From Rhizophagus irregularis (lineage: Eukaryota): DNA of 64,000 nt. The position numbers were made by a program, and so were the translations under genes. The stretch is taken from positions 1,178,001 to 1,242,000 of the forward strand of contig NC_089436.1 in the NCBI RefSeq assembly GCF_026210795.1. The letters run 5' to 3'. Below the pieces are notes generated by a model. The model made no database searches, was not told where the DNA came from, and saw only the letters and a program-made list of their open reading frames with translations. Positions 10,739 through 22,804 of the stretch are shown in pieces; within the stretch, counting starts at the first letter, position 1; each line of letters opens with the position of its first letter.

Positions 10739-12600
10739 AATTAGAAATTTTCTTTTTAATTTATTAAAATGGTCAAAAAAATAAATAAAAGTATAATATT
10801 ACTCCATTATTATTAAAAAGAACTTAATACAGTATCTTTTATTTTCTGCTGAATGTTATTCTCTTTCTCAATTAATTCTTTCACTTGAATATTATCCTTT
10901 GTGCTTTCTACGTGACTTCATAAAGTGCACGTACTAATGCGTTTACTGTATCGTAAAAGAATAAAATTAGAAAATGAACAATGCATTAATTGATATGTTT
11001 TTTGATAATTTGAATATGGATAACAATCACAATATCTATTGTTAAAGTCACAAACACCAACTGGTATTAAAAAAAAATTTTAGGGGAAAAAAATGATAAG
11101 TCAAATAAATATGAAGTGAGAATATCTTTCTTTAAAACAAAAGAAAAAAAAAGTTTTAGTTTTAAGACTGTCAATTTTTCAGTATACTTTTTTCTGGTAA
11201 CAAATAATAGATAGGCCAATAAGTCTTAACACAGAATCTTACAATCCAATCTGCTTATAATTGCTTTCGTGGAAACCTTAGAACCAAAGAGAATTAAAAG
11301 TATGCTTAATTGAGAAAAGCTCGCCAAAGATACATTGAATGCTCATTTGATAGGATAAATGCTTATTAGTTAATTTCATGTGATTTTTCTTTCAGCCCAA
11401 CCAATGAATTTATAAATGCCGATGGCACATGACTTGGAAATTAAAGTATCCTTGTTCATATGTTGAAGCAGTGATGGAAAGCGGAAAGGCTATTTCTGAA
11501 TTTTTGGGCAGCATTTATTATAAAAGTTGCTGGTGTTAAGGGAATTAAATGGTTAGTTTTTAAGTTCTTTTTTTTCTAGATGATGTTTTATCCATTCTTG
11601 AATTTAATTATCATAACTTTTCTGGCGAGTTTTTTGAATTGAAATCATTATTAACTTGATCATTATGAGAAGCGATTTGTTTATAAATTATAAAATTATT
11701 ATATATTTTTTTTTTTAAGAAAAAAAGCTTTTGTTAAGGCTTCATTTAATAGTTCATTATTTTATTAAACATAGAATATCATTTACGTACTTTAAAAATA
11801 AAATAAAAATACCAATCATGATTATTATGAAATAGTTTGAATTAAAGGTCAATGTAAATTTAAAACTGTAAGGAGTTTTTTGCTTGAAGGCTACATGCTT
11901 ACATCAGTACCAAAAAAATTCAACATATGGTTTTTTAAAACTTTTTTGGTTACAGGAATCACAATACAATAACAATTATTTTTTTAGGTCTAGTAAAACG
12001 AGAATTACTACTTCGCCGCAACTTTTTTTATTATGGTTGTATGATAACCTAAAGTAATGTAATTCTTTATGCTCAATTTCTAGCAGTACCTTACCAATTT
12101 TTTTTTAAAAAAATATTCCATCAATATGAAATTTATAATGATTATAATAATTGGAGAAACTTACTTATTAATAAATTTAATCTACGTAACAACAATACTT
12201 TCAAAAAATTTCAATTCCTGATTGAATCAAGTTTTATATCATTTAGAAATGAAACACAAGGAGTTATGAATAATAATATATATAATGAGAATTATTGAAT
12301 TTTAAACTTTAATTCCGGCTGAAATTGGTTATAGCTTTATCAAGTCAAATTTATTCGCTATATCAAGTATTATTATCGTTATTTATAAAAATCTCCCGCT
12401 TTAACAAGCAAGACAAACAAACAACGATAAAAATACATAATATACTTATCATCGTAATTAGTTCAAGCTTCCAATAAAATTATCATTTTACGTCAAATTG
12501 ATCATTATCGTTATCTAATTGACAATTACTTAAAAAAATACATTCTATCAATATGAAATTTAAATTTATTTTATCATTCGAAAAATTTAATTTCGACCAC

Positions 12601-12909
12601 TTACTTTTTAATAAATTCTACATAATATTTTTTTTTCCATTCTTCAGCAACTTCTATTTGGGTATAAAATAATTCTTTCCATTCATTTACTATTTCCATA
12701 TTTTTTTGGTAATTATTAGTAACATTTTTAAATTTCATATTTAGTTCTTTTATCGTTCTTTTATTTCTTGCAATTTCCAATACTAATCCAATATTTTTAT
12801 GCTGAGCAATATCAAACATTCCTGACCAAAATTTCTTTTTGAAACTTAAGGTTCTTCTTTTTTCTTTTGATTTTGTGTAACTTTTCTCGCGTTTATTGTA
12901 TCGGGTCAT
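12601..12909 (-). CDS. Hypothetical small basic/coiled-coil protein (MTRYNKREK...)
   Basis: About 100-codon ORF with protein-like composition. No recognisable family. Confidence 0.4.
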   Translation of the reverse strand: MTRYNKREKSYTKSKEKRRTLSFKKKFWSGMFDIAQHKNIGLVLEIARNKRTIKELNMKFKNVTNNYQKNMEIVNEWKELFYTQIEVAEEWKKKYYVEFIKK

Positions 12910-14204
12910 CTGAAAGATAGAGAATAACGAATATTGTGCGCGCAAGGTAATTGTAAGGAAAAAAAATAGGAAAAAAAAATGGGATAGTACAAAAAGAACG
13001 AATTACTATTACTCCTGAATACGAAAACAAAATAAAATAAAATAAACAAGAGAAATAATAGCAAGTGGTGGGCATGAGTGTGCCGTTAAGCCCAATCTCA
13101 CCTTATTGATCAGTCCTTTATGAATTTAGATTGAGAGTAATTTTCGTATATTGGTTGTATTTATACAAAATCAATATTTCAATTGATTTACGAAAAAAAA
13201 GAAAGAGAGAAACTCAGATTCCCACTAAAGTAAGTTTACACGTTTTTTCGGGCAACTTGATAAGAACAACAGCATTTATGCATAGTTTCTTAGTTTTATT
13301 TGGAAAAAACAATTTTTGGAAGTCACGTGATACTATACCAATCAAAACAAAGTTTTAGAACGAGTATAATCGCATGAGTTCCCAAAGTTCCCAAAGTTTC
13401 CATAGTTTCTATAATTTCCAATTTCCCGATCTCATATTATGATTCTTTTGCGCGTAAAAACCATACTACGCATATTCTTTGATTAGTTCATAAAGTTTGT
13501 TTTTAAAAATTAGGTAATTCTTATAAATTAAATAAAAACAACGAGATCAAAATAAACTTTTGAAACTATAACTTTATTAAATTCAAAATTATTACAATAA
13601 GGAATAGAGAAATAAAAAGAAAAGAAAAAATATTGGAAAAATCTATAATGTTACACAACCACCAAAGTTTCCAAAGTTTCCAAATTCAGTTTTGAAGAGT
13701 ATCGTTATTAAAATATCAGAGAGTTATAAAAGAAATAACATTTGAAATTTTCGAAAGGACAATTAGCTGTTCAATACTATTTACTAGTACAGCCGATTTT
13801 GAGTTTTGATTCATTTTAAAAATTGGTCGATTTTGTGAGATAAATATTATATTTCAAACTGACAAACGAAATTATTAAAATCCACTACTCCAATCAAATT
13901 TTCTATCATATAATTGGCTTTTTAAACGTGATCATCTTCAAATACGTTTTCGCCACCAACCACGATACTACTTAGGCATCTATCTTCTGATATTGGTTGA
14001 ATAAAATATGTACTATTTTCTTTTTCGAAATTGTTATTGTTCCATAAAGATAAAATCTCATTTTTGACTACATAAAAACGGTGATAAAAAATATCACGAG
14101 TTTCATCCATTTTTTTGTAGTGTATTACTTCTGAACCGTCCCATAATGTAAAATATAAATTTTTAACGTCAATGAACCGATTGTTAAAAATAATTGAAAA
14201 AGTT

Positions 14205-15367
14205 CTTCCGGGTCATAATTGATATTATTATGAAGGTATTGACGTAAAAGATCATGATAATGTTCTGATCTATTAAAAAAAAAGTGTAATATATGTTATA
14301 ATAATAATCGTATCGTGTCCAACTTGTTACGCTTGAACCATCCCATGCATAAGGTCATTTCCTCAGGGAAGATATGTAGTTTATTTAATAAAGCTTTAGT
14401 TGAGTTTTTGATTGAAGCATTCATTTTAATAAAGATTAGCATTTATTTTATCAAATTTTTAGCCGTCATATTTATAATTTATGATTTATCGATGTACTAT
14501 TTAAATTTCCTTCAATCGATTCCTGTTAAAGAACAAGTTCTTTGTTAATAGAAAATTTATTATTTATTAGCATTACTAAACAAAGTATTTTAACTTTCCT
14601 TATAAATAATGCAGGTATAAAAAGTCCATAGTTCATTCTCATCACTCTAATAAATTATAAAATTAAAGAAATATGTCTCAAGAAATTGAACATTTTTACT
14701 CTCGAAATCGAAATTATCCTAACGCTCAAGTTCCTTTGACTAGCATTGAGCAAGATTTTTATACTGAGCAATCTCGGCAAAATGATAAGCAAAATTTCAA
14801 TAAACATAAAGAGAATACTCGGTTAGAAAGAATGCGTACTTATTATTATCAAACTACAATTCATGCTTTAGAAAAACTCATTGATTTACAATTTCAAATA
14901 ATTAATAGACAAGACAGATTTATCAATTCTTTATGTTTTGTCTTTGGATTAAATTTTGTTATAATTTTATTCTTTATAGTTTTATTTGTTCTAAAATTTC
15001 AATGTAATTTCAAAAATTAATTATTACATGGCGGGTGCAGCTCTTGATAAGCTTACAGAAATTAGAAAAGTTTCATTTTTTGATATATTTAATTTTTTTA
15101 TGCAAAAAAGAACTTCGTATTAGTTAATACTAGTTGATTAAGAAATATTTAAAAGTTTTTCCGGGTCATAATTGATATTTTATGAAGTTATTGACGTAAA
15201 TGTAATGATAATGTTTTGATCTATTAAAAGAAAACATTAAAATATGTTTGTATAATAATCATATCGTGTCTAACATGTTACGCTTGAACCATCCTATAAG
15301 GTTATTTGGTATTTCACAAGGTTATTTCCCCTGGGAAGATTTGTTTTTTATTTAATAAAGCTTTAGT
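14205..15367. repeat. Diverged direct duplication of about 200 bp (about 14205-14402 and 15158-15367)
   Basis: Shared blocks CCGGGTCATAATTGATATT, TATTGACGTAAA, TGATCTATTAAAA, TGTTACGCTTGAACCATCC and TTATTTAATAAAGCTTTAGTTG. Confidence 0.8.
14673..15020 (+). CDS. Hypothetical 115-aa protein with a helical region and a C-terminal TM anchor
   Basis: ATG in AAATATG context with TATAAAA near 14616. Hydrophobic tail LCFVFGLNFVIILFFIVLFVL. Confidence 0.5.
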   Translation: MSQEIEHFYSRNRNYPNAQVPLTSIEQDFYTEQSRQNDKQNFNKHKENTRLERMRTYYYQTTIHALEKLIDLQFQIINRQDRFINSLCFVFGLNFVIILFFIVLFVLKFQCNFKN

Positions 15368-15433
15368 TGGTTTTCTAGTATGATAATAATCTTTAATTCT
15401 AGTTAAAGAATAATTTTTATAAAGCGCTTTATT

Positions 15434-15925
15434 TTACTGTCTAAAATTAGTAAAATTAACTTTTTCAAGATAATCAACTCTTTCTTCAAGAATATCAAGT
15501 TTTTTTTCAATCTCAATATTGATAATACACGTTAATTTTTCATACTCAGCCTTAAGATAATTAATGCAATTCTCATGACTCTCATATATATTCGTCTGAA
15601 CAATCATCGAGATTATTAAGAATTTTCTGAATATAAATAATATTTTCCATATTGTTAAGAAGAGTGCTGTAATCGACTTTGTTATCTTTCTTTTCAAGAA
15701 TTTCAAGTTTTTTTCATTTTCCTTTAATAACGTAGATAGGTTGAAATTATTTCGCGTTTCTTCATTAGCTTTATTAGTCATTTCTTCTAGCCTCTTCCTT
15801 AGAAAAAAGATACAATTATCTTTTTCTTGTGATTCCTTATTAACTTTAAAAGTCATTTCCTCCAGATTTTTCTTAAGAGATGAGATTTGGTTTTCTTTTG
15901 CTGTCAATGATGCATATAGTATCAT
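15434..15925 (-). CDS. Hypothetical 163-aa coiled-coil protein
   Basis: Internal repeat LKKNLEEMTFKVNKE / LRKRLEEMTNKANEE, heptad-like pattern and one hydrophobic stretch. Confidence 0.5.
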   Translation of the reverse strand: MILYASLTAKENQISSLKKNLEEMTFKVNKESQEKDNCIFFLRKRLEEMTNKANEETRNNFNLSTLLKENEKNLKFLKRKITKSITALFLTIWKILFIFRKFLIISMIVQTNIYESHENCINYLKAEYEKLTCIINIEIEKKLDILEERVDYLEKVNFTNFRQ

Positions 15926-16757
15926 ATTTTTTTCTGATTTTATATGAGAACTGAACTGAAATAGTTAATATTGATTCAAAATTTAATATTACTCTATTTA
16001 TTACTACTTACGTGTATTTTTCGTTATAAAGCATATTTAAGTATTGTTGGCTACAGTAAAAAATTATTTTATTATTATGAAAATAATATTAAATAGAGAA
16101 AGAAATTACAAACTTTATAAATTGAGCCGAAGTTAATTCCCTTTTTAGAATTTCGTTATCAGCACGCGTTAAATGGAAGATTAATAATTAATTAATTTAT
16201 TAAATTAATCTTTATTCGTTATTTGAAAAATATTTACATAATTCGTTGAATATTCTCCATCGTTAAATTTCGCAGGGCTAAAACGATCTGATCATAGAGT
16301 ATTTTAATATACTGAATTTCAATCTAATTAGAAAGCTCAAACAAAGAAAACTATTTTGCATTAATATAGTAACAAATATCTAGTAGAATTTCCATTTTAA
16401 ATGAATTCTCGATCTTTATGAATTGAAATTATTTGATCAGAGGTCTCATACATTCAACGAGATCAAAAATAGCTTTTCGAGTATACTTAATTATAACTTT
16501 ATTAACGTTAAATTTAAAAATTATTACAATAAAAAGATTGGTTAAAATTGTATTAAACGGAATAAAAAAATAAAAAGAAAAATCGATATTTATAATATTA
16601 TACTTGTAATTAACTATATACTTAGTTTAAAATATTTTAAAATTCAAGAAAAGTACAGAATTTTCCGTTTGCGTTCGAACCAAACGAGTAAGAATTTATA
16701 TTATTTTTATTTGAAGTCCCAAATTTAAAAGACAACTATGAATGTACAAAGGAATTA

Positions 16758-17267
16758 TTATCTACTTTGCTTAAAATTTCGTTGTATATTTTGGATCGAA
16801 CCGTTACGATTATAAGAGATTCTATCAAAATAATCATAACGGTCGTCGCTGTCACCGTTCCAGACTGAAATTGACCTTATTTCGGAAACAGGAGCGATAG
16901 TAAGGTCGGTGTTGATACCGTAATCGTTATAATGAATAAGGTCGTTATTCGATAATTCAGTCTGTACATACTTCGTTTCCTTCGTTTCCTCCAAATTGTC
17001 TCTAAAAAAAAAATTGTAAGTTTCAGAGTATGAAGCTAGTGAACTCAAATCGCATAACGAGAGCCCTCGACCATATCCTACTCCTTACTTATTTTTCTGT
17101 GAATATTTTAACTTCCTTTTATATTTTTTTAAGTAAAACGAATTTTTTTTACTTTTACGCGACTTTCTTCGATTGTTTTGTATTGAAGATACCAATTCTC
17201 CTTGAGAATTATTAATAATATTTCGAATTTTTAGACTTTCGCGTCGAGTAATCCTGTCGCAAGGCAT
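16758..17267 (-). pseudogene. Hypothetical 169-codon ORF split by one in-frame stop
   Basis: ORFs 17267-17085 and 17048-16758 are in the same frame. Only the TAA at 17087-17085 interrupts it (KNK*GVGYGRGLSLCDLSSLAS). The N-terminus is very basic. Confidence 0.4.
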
Positions 17268-18252
17268 ATTTTAATAGGAATAATATTGTATCATATTCAA
17301 TGAAAGAAATTAATAAATGAGAATGAGCTTATTATATAATAAATTAATTGATCGAAAATCCGTACGATCATTACTTTTAATGGCAAATAATTCGTTTTTT
17401 ACTCTTCTTGAATCTCAAGAATACATGTGAAACTAAAATCTTAATAACATGTCTCATATTTTTTTATTTGTAAAGAAAAGCAGATTGAGTAAAAATTCAC
17501 AGGAAAACTTTCCAGGTCCCATGAAATATTGTTTTTAGATTTTGTGGATTATGATGTTATGTTGATATTAGATAAACTTGACCAAGTGGAAAAAGTATAT
17601 ATTATTTTTTATTTTTGATGATATTAATGCTGTAAATTTGTTTGACGTCGTGTTCAATCACGTGACTTCTAAAAATCGTTTTTAAATTTGTATAAATACA
17701 ATAAATACAACAAATATACGAAACGTCGAAAAGTACTCTTTAAAGGATCTCAATAAGATCAATAAGGTGAGATTGGGCACTTCAGCGCTGGCTACAAGCG
17801 TCCTTTAAAACCGACTCGGGCATTCATTATGATTGGCTAAGGATCATGTGATTATACATGACAGCAGTCATTAATTTTTGGTGGAGTAATTTTTTTCTTT
17901 AGGATTCCATATCAACTTGTCATAAAAATTTTTTGTAACCTTTGCCATAACCCAACTTTCAATAGTACAGTTTTTAAAATTTATAATATCTAGATTAGAA
18001 ATACTCCAAAATTTGTCAATAGATATCCTATTATTAATTAATTCGATTTTCTTGAGATTATAATTGTTATATAAACTAAAAACGGTATTGTTATATTATT
18101 CCATTTCCAATTTTTAAATATTAAGACATTTAATTTTGTATAATTGTTAATTAAAGCTTTTATATAAATAACGAATGTTTCCAATTGAAAATTATGGTCT
18201 AGAAATTCAACTTCAATAACGATAATGATAAAATAAAAATAATAAGTAAAAT

Positions 18253-18375
18253 TAGAACGAGTATAATTGCAAGTTTCCAAAGTTTCCAAAGTTTCCATAG
18301 TTTCCATAGTTTCCATAAGTATTCGAAGTTTCCTTAAGTATTCGAAGTTTCCAAAGTTTCCAAAAAACAAGTTTC
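18253..18375. repeat. 9-bp minisatellite (AAAGTTTCC/ATAGTTTCC) with a conserved leader; also at 13356-13425 and 13663-13685
   Basis: Direct reading of the tandem units. The leader TAGAACGAGTATAAT precedes the arrays at both 13356 and 18253. Confidence 0.85.
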
Positions 18376-18639
18376 ATTTGATTACGTAATTAATAAATAA
18401 TTCGGGTAATTATGGTTACAGAATGTCTCAAGAAATTGAAACAAAAATAAATAAAGAATCTATATATGGAACTGATCGGAGGTACAGAAGTGATAAGCTA
18501 CTTGGATATTAAAGTGATGATATTTTGAAAGAAGGTATTTTAAATAAATATAGTTAAATGAATTTTGTTCTTCAAAAATTTTTTAATTATATGCATCGCG
18601 CGCATTAAATATTTTTATAAAAATGTAGATACCATTCTT

Positions 18640-18780
18640 GGCGAAATGTTGAATTCGCTTCAGCAAAGAGTTCTTCGGCAAAATGTCCATTCACGACAGC
18701 GAAATGGCTATTCGATGAAATGATACTTCAGCGAAATTTCACTTCGGTGAAATGGGCTTCGGCGAAAGTGTCCGGTTACC
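18640..18780. repeat. About 15-bp degenerate tandem repeat (TTCGGCGAAATGnnn), probably a transposon subterminal array; a related array lies near 32655-32780
   Basis: Units TTCAGCAAAG, TTCGGCAAAATG, CAGCGAAATG, TTCGATGAAATG, TTCAGCGAAAT, TTCGGTGAAATG and TTCGGCGAAAG. Confidence 0.65.
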
Positions 18781-19338
18781 AATACAATTCATACAAAAAA
18801 CTTTTTAAATTAATATTATGTTCAAATTTATCAATTTTTAAGAATAAAATACTTTTATTGAATATTTTTATTAGATAGAAAGATTAATAATAATTCTATT
18901 TTTGGTTGATAATAGGCCAATATGTTATATTATTTTATATTAGATACAGTATAGAATAACAAATTGTTGTTTTATATATTTCTTATATATTTGGCATTTT
19001 TTTCAACGTATTGTTTATGTTATATTATAAGAGCATAGCCACAATCACATAATAGAGAGTTAACAGTCAAATGTTCAAATAGTTTTCGTAATAAAAATAG
19101 ACTGAAAATCATTCCATGTGACAATTATGCACAACCCTAACCCACCTGATCATCACATGTACATATTCGGATTCATGTGGATAAATTTCTGCAAATCTAT
19201 TAATAGAGAACTAATAGAAAGTGACTATTCCGAAACATTTAGCCTTTCGGCAAATATTGATTGCCGAAATCAAAACTGTTAAATATTGATTCATGAGAAA
19301 AGCCGAAAAATGAGAGTTTCATTTTTTAAATTCAAGAA

Positions 19339-21855
19339 ATGTCTCAACATTCCGGATCCAGAAAGACTTACGGGGAGTGTTCAGATTGTAAAAGGCAGCG
19401 AATTGCGGTTGCATGGTGTAAGAATTGCGATGTTATAAATTTGAAAGAAAATTTTCATAATTGGACTAGTGAAAATACTAAAATTGATGAATTTATAAAA
19501 TATACTCAGTTAAATGCTAAAAGTTGTATGGACTGTCTTGAATGGATTGAATTTGACCATTTTGACTTGATAGAGAATATAAATAAACGAGGAGCCTTCA
19601 GCTCAATTTATTCCGCAGTATGGATGGAAGGTCCAAGGTGGAATTTAGATGAAGAGGCAGAAATATGGACTCGAAGTGGCCCCATCAAGGTTATTTTAAA
19701 ACGATTAAATAATTCTCAGAATATGAGTCAAGAATTTGTGAATCAGGCAAGTATTTAATTTATTCAATAACATATCAGGTACATGTTCTGATCAGGTTTC
19801 GCAAACCAATAAACATGTGATCAAAATGCTCAACAATCAATCCTGAAAAATTTTTAATGTTGGACCAACATCAAAAAATTTTTATACGCGCCTTGAAAAA
19901 GTTTGTTTAATTATATGCGCACTATATGTAAGAATAAAATAATAATAAGCGCAATTACAATTTAATGTGCGTTGCGTCTAGAGTTGGATGCAAATGCCGA
20001 AACTCTTTGCCGAAATCCCAAACTAAATTCTAGATTTCAGCAATGGTTTGAAATTTTGACAATAGTTAGTAATCAAATTGAAATCCCAAATCCCAAAGTT
20101 GCCAAAATCCCAAACTGCTGCTGAAAATCAAAAACTTATGCCAAATTTCAAATTATTACCGAAATTCAACTTTAAAATTTGATTTGGGATTTCGGCAAAG
20201 AGTTTCGGCGCCCAACTCTAAGTTGCGTCTATTTACCGTATTTTGCGGGCCACAGTACCCCCTATGCACAGTACCCGTTTCAGACCCGAATTCTTGACGG
20301 GTAAATGGGTTGACCCATTAAGGTACTAATACAAACCCGGGTTGGCACCTGCTAAGGAAAGTTTGACCCGGTTTCTTATTGGGTTAACCCAGGTTGGTTA
20401 ACAGCAGGTCGATAAACGGTTTGATAAAGGGTTTTAACGGTTGGATAGCGGGTGTTAACGGGTTAATGATGGTTTAATCAGATCAAACGCATCAAAAGTT
20501 CTCCAACCCGTTTAGCTAACCGTTTAAACCGATAACCCGATAATCCGTTAAAAACTGATATCCGATATCATTTATCGGGTTTAAATCGGTTGTATCCGAT
20601 AATTTAAACGGATATCCGTTATAGCCTGTTAATAACGGGTTACGGGTCTGAACACTACGGCCACATGAAATTTTTTTTGGTTTTTTAAAGTACCCGGATA
20701 TTATTTTGCATGGATATTCGATTTTTAACCTTTAAAATTTGTAATATACTCGTGGTATAATACTAGGAACTGTATTGTAAAATAAATTACGCAATATAAA
20801 TTCCTGTACCCATACCCCAGGTACTATGCCCCCCCTTATACGGTATATCACTGATTTATGGCCATATTATGAAAGAAAAAATAGAATTATAAACAAATTT
20901 GATCGTAAAACTAACGAGATAATAATCACGAATTATTAAATTAAATTTTGGGTGGTGATAGAATCGGACCAACAATATTTTGACTCACATGAAATGACTA
21001 TATATATTATTTATTATTAACCATCTTATCTTTTTTTAAAAAAAATAAAATTAATAGTTGTACAGATATTATAAATGCTTGCAAAGTGGAGCACTTGCAG
21101 AATGTTTTGGTGTAACCAAAGATCCAACGGCATGTTACATGTTCGTTATGAGGTATTACAAAAACGGGAATTTATACATGTATCTTGAAGAAACTATGGG
21201 AATTCTTTGTTGGAGAGATATTGTAGATATGTTATGGTCAATATCCGCAGGTCTAAATTTTATTCATGGACATGGTCTTGTTCATGGAAATTTACACGGA
21301 GGAAATATACTAGTCGAGTGTGACGTGAACTCGATTGATACTAAAATCACAGATACCGGATTGCACTTGCCTGCTGATAAATTGATGTCATTTCAACAAA
21401 TTTATGGCGTAATACCTTTCGTTGCTCCGGAGATTTTTAACAAAAATTTGCTAACTAAAGCCTCCGATATTTATAGCTTTGGCATGATCATGTGGATGTT
21501 GTCAGCTGGTGTACGTCCTTATTATGATAGACCTCATGATAAACAACTTATTAAAGAAATCTGTTCGGGTTTAAGACCAAGTATTGTCAATGGGACTCCA
21601 GCTGTTTATTCTAGATTAATGTTTCAGTGCTTAGATGTTAATCCATTAAACAGGCCAGCAGCATCTCAACTTCATGAATGCTTTGGAAATTGGATCTCAG
21701 AAATTTGTGATAGTCCTGATCCATCCGATTTATCTAATCAATTTGATGCTGCCGAAGAAATCAAATTTTCAAATTTAAAAAATTTTGATTTTAACATAGC
21801 ACAATGTCATGAAATGGCTATTTATTGTAGTCGCCCATTATTAGATCATGCTTAA
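19339..21855 (+). CDS. TKL-family pseudokinase K2 (exons 19339-19746 and 21058-21855; GC-AG intron)
   Basis: Paralog of K1. Donor CAG|GCAAGT at 19747, acceptor TAATAG ending 21057. Motifs HGNLHGGN, DTG and APE. Confidence 0.9.
19979..20220. mobile_element. hAT-like MITE in the K2 intron
   Basis: Termini TAGAGTTGG...CCAACTCTA. Inner IR GCCGAAACTCTTTGCCGAAATCCCA / TGGGATTTCGGCAAAGAGTTTCGGC. GTTGCGTC is duplicated on both flanks (8 bp, with one extra A on the right). Confidence 0.85.
20234..20845. mobile_element. Degenerate pogo-like MITE (TACCGTA...TACGGTA) containing a nested hAT-like element (about 20279-20657)
   Basis: The outer left end resembles the 8034-8156 MITE. The inner element has TTCAGACCCG / CGGGTCTGAACACTA ends and many AACCCG/CGGGTT motifs. 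Confidence 0.6.
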
Positions 21856-22689
21856 AATCGCATTTTTTACTTTTTTATTTTCGATTCTAATTAATTTATA
21901 AATCCTTTTTTATCATTATTTATTCGCTTTATCGTAAACACAAACATCACAAACTCAAACTTAATATTAGAAATATTTCTTAGACTTTTTAAAATTTCAT
22001 TCACAAATTAATTAAGCTTTCATTTCGTTTAAATTAACATGATTATATCGCAAACACAAATTATTATTTTCTTATTTTCTTTTTTCTTTTTTTTCGGTTT
22101 TTTTTTCGAGATTTTATAAAAAAACATCGTTCTAATAAGTTAAGAAGCTATGATGGTAAGTTTTTAAAATTTTTATCTAACATAGAATGATTATGAAATC
22201 TTGAAAATCATCTCAATTAACAATAAGATTGTCCTAATTTAATCGCTGTTTATCCCTATTTAATTTTAAATTTCAATAAACTTATATATTTAGTTTATTT
22301 ATTAACTTAAACCCCCTTAATACCTTTCAAACTTATCGGAAAATATGGACAAGTTAAAATGTCCTACTAATTATATCAACTATGTTAAATCGACTGAAAG
22401 GAATAGCTACTAGACGTTGGAATCTTCAAGTAAAAATTATTATTCTTACTGAAATAAATTCTAAAATAAGATAGATTTTTATAAATGTAATTATTTTAAA
22501 TTCTTTTTATTCGTATTAGTTATAACATTACGAAACTGTACTGGACAGAAAAGCCAATCTCATCTATTACTATCAATTTCTAACGCAACATTACAATTAA
22601 ATTTATTTAGATTTTGATAATTCTTTCATACTAATGAAATTACTAGTGCTGGCAGCACTTTCTCATCGATATTTTTGTTCATGTCTAAT

Positions 22690-22804
22690 ATCAAAATCAA
22701 TTCATTCAGGATAATTCTTATTTCGTTAGCATTAATTGAGCATGTCTTATGAATTCATCAATTTTAGTATTTTCACTAGTCCAACTACGAAAATTTTCTT
22801 TCAA
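22690..22804 (-). pseudogene. Decayed exon-1 fragment of the pseudokinase family
   Basis: The minus strand reads LKENFRSWTSENTKIDEFIRHAQL and then, after frameshifts, NYPE*IDFD. Not in the ORF track. Confidence 0.8.

Larger units (their letters stand above)
13090..17778. repeat. Inverted-repeat pair bracketing about 4.7 kb (13090-13331 vs 17657-17778)
   Basis: GCCCAATCTCACCTTATTGATC (13090-13111) is the exact reverse complement of 17757-17778. Further matched blocks: TTTCGTATATT.GTTGTATTTAT and ATTTTT.GAAGTCACGTGAT. Confidence 0.7.

Noticed and set aside
18038..18370. 110-aa ORF containing METMETMETLETLET
   Set aside because: It is a translation of the 9-bp minisatellite and AT-rich flank, and starts at a non-ATG codon.
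18253..18780. Possible CRISPR array
   Set aside because: The units are 9-15 bp tandem repeats with no unique spacers, there are no cas genes, and the context is eukaryotic.
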